From positions 9,116,001 to 9,180,000 of the forward strand of contig NC_045698.1 of assembly GCF_009834535.1 (NCBI RefSeq): DNA of 64,000 nt, in the 5' to 3' direction. This document shows positions 62,396 through 64,000 of the stretch, piece after piece. This DNA is from Camelus ferus. Its lineage: Eukaryota. Each line of letters starts with the position of its first letter. Position 1 is the first letter of the stretch. The position numbers were made by a program, and so were the translations under genes. The notes under the pieces are model-generated. The model was not told the origin of the DNA, searched no databases, and saw only the letters and a list, made by a program, of their open reading frames with translations.

Positions 62396-64000
62396 CCAAA
62401 AATTCTATCTTCATTCTTGATGAGCAATCAATCACATGGCCACGTGGGATCAAGTTATCACCATGCAGAGAAACAGACAACCGTTATATATAACCCAAGC
62501 AAACTAGTTCACGTTTTTAAAGGAGAATGTAGCACAGATACAAATGTATACTCTAACTTCACCTGAAAAATAAGGATTTGACTTGAGCACTCTGATAAAA
62601 TAGTATAGTTGCATTTGCAGCAGGAGAAAACACATTTCCTACCCAGGAGAGATCACAATCTAACCTTTAAAAAGGTGGGGGAAAATAGTGGTATCTTTCT
62701 CACACTTAGAAAGAAACAACAAATACATGACAGTAACCAGGTCTGCATTCAATTTGTCAAACTGGGCAACCATGGCAACCACTCTTGATGACGAAGTTCA
62801 GGGAGGAGGGAGAGAAGAATACAGGTTCTTGACTGGGGACCAAATTTAGTTTTGTCCAACTCTTTAGGTCTAGAGAAGGTGGAAATAATCTGACATTCCT
62901 CTCCTCCCACCAATTTGTACAAGTGGACTCCAGTGCTACATGGAGAATTCATTCAGTCTCCTACAGGGATCACTCAGCTCTCACAGAAAAGGACTTGGTC
63001 GTAAATTAGACACGAGCTCAAAATGACTCCACCCCTGTGAACCAGCAAGACATTAGAGCCAGAAGACAATTTCTCACTCAGTTGGAAGTCCCTTGTAAAA
63101 GGTTATGGATTAAACCTAATGGGAAAGAGAAAACACAATTCTGATAAATGATGCTCTTCAAAGGGCTACATTAACCCAGGCGCTGCTGTCAGGAGCCCAG
63201 AGAGTAACCTCCTTTGACCCAGGCAACGTGTTACCCATTGTGGGAGGATATGCCAAGGAGGTGATGGAAACAGAGATGTCGCCTGAACATGAGAAATGAG
63301 GCCCCATATAGCATCACACAGAGGTAAGATACAGTGTTTACATACAGCATTTGAAAAGCAATTGATGATGTCCTGTGGTTTATGCCACTTCTCACAGCTT
63401 CAGTTTCCTGAAGAGTCAACCCAGAAATGACCATATTAGAGATGAACGTTTTCTTCTCAAAATATGCTAAATTCAGTGATCTACCCCTCTGAGAAAACAC
63501 GGGATTACCACCCTGCCACAGACAGGCTTCAAAGGTCAAGTGTTCTGAGACGGGAAATGGCAATATAAACGGACTCTCAATCCCATATGCAGGGGGCATA
63601 GGTGTGCTGCAGGTGGCAAATTCACCTGCTTAGTCCTGACTGGGAGATAGTTCCATTCCAAAATTTTCACACCACGCATGTGTTTAAGTTTTGAAAACCA
63701 TTCTGAAACAGATGGGTAATCAAAAACCATAAAAAAGAAAATCACTTGGAAATTTAAATTCAGTAACATCAGAATTGTGGGCTTACAAGACTATAGTCCA
63801 CATAGTAAAAATGTAATATTATGCTGTGATAAAGGAGAGGAGTGCGAAGTTGCAAAATTATTTCATTTATCAAATAAATATAATTTTTGAAATTGTATGC
63901 TAAATAAGAGGAAAACAAGAAAGTAAAAGAAAAAAGAATAAAGGAGAAAACAATGAATGTGAAGCAGCAGGATGCTTCTGGCTTCATGGCTGCAAACCGT

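Noticed and set aside
63231..63599. 122-aa minus-strand ORF
   Set aside because: No recognisable domain or supporting gene structure.

Overview
AT-rich, repeat-dense placental-mammal DNA, most likely camelid (camel/alpaca lineage). That inference rests on two tRNA-derived SINEs resembling the camelid Vic-1 type (22141-22277 +, 41556-41680 -) and several young L1 3' ends of one shared type. I found no intact protein-coding gene, rRNA, true tRNA or CRISPR array. The supplied ORFs are chance ORFs or decayed L1 fragments, so this looks like a gene desert or a very long intron. Much of the window is interspersed repeat: old and young L1, L2, MIR, MaLR (MLT1/MST) LTRs, ERV1/ERVL solo LTRs and a MER58-like MITE. 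Repeat family names are from recall of consensus sequences and need RepeatMasker/Dfam confirmation. The most notable structures are: a head-to-head inverted pair of related LTRs forming a ~290-bp inverted repeat (11617-12436); an adjacent composite LTR bounded by one TSD; an L1 with nearly all of ORF2 deleted in frame; a twin-primed L1; a candidate L1 3' transduction; a perfect U1-matching splice donor downstream of an orphan L1 5'UTR; recursive-splice-like sites; two template-switch-like hairpins; and several transcription-factor motif clusters. I cannot support a new biological system from sequence alone; the findings are hypotheses.
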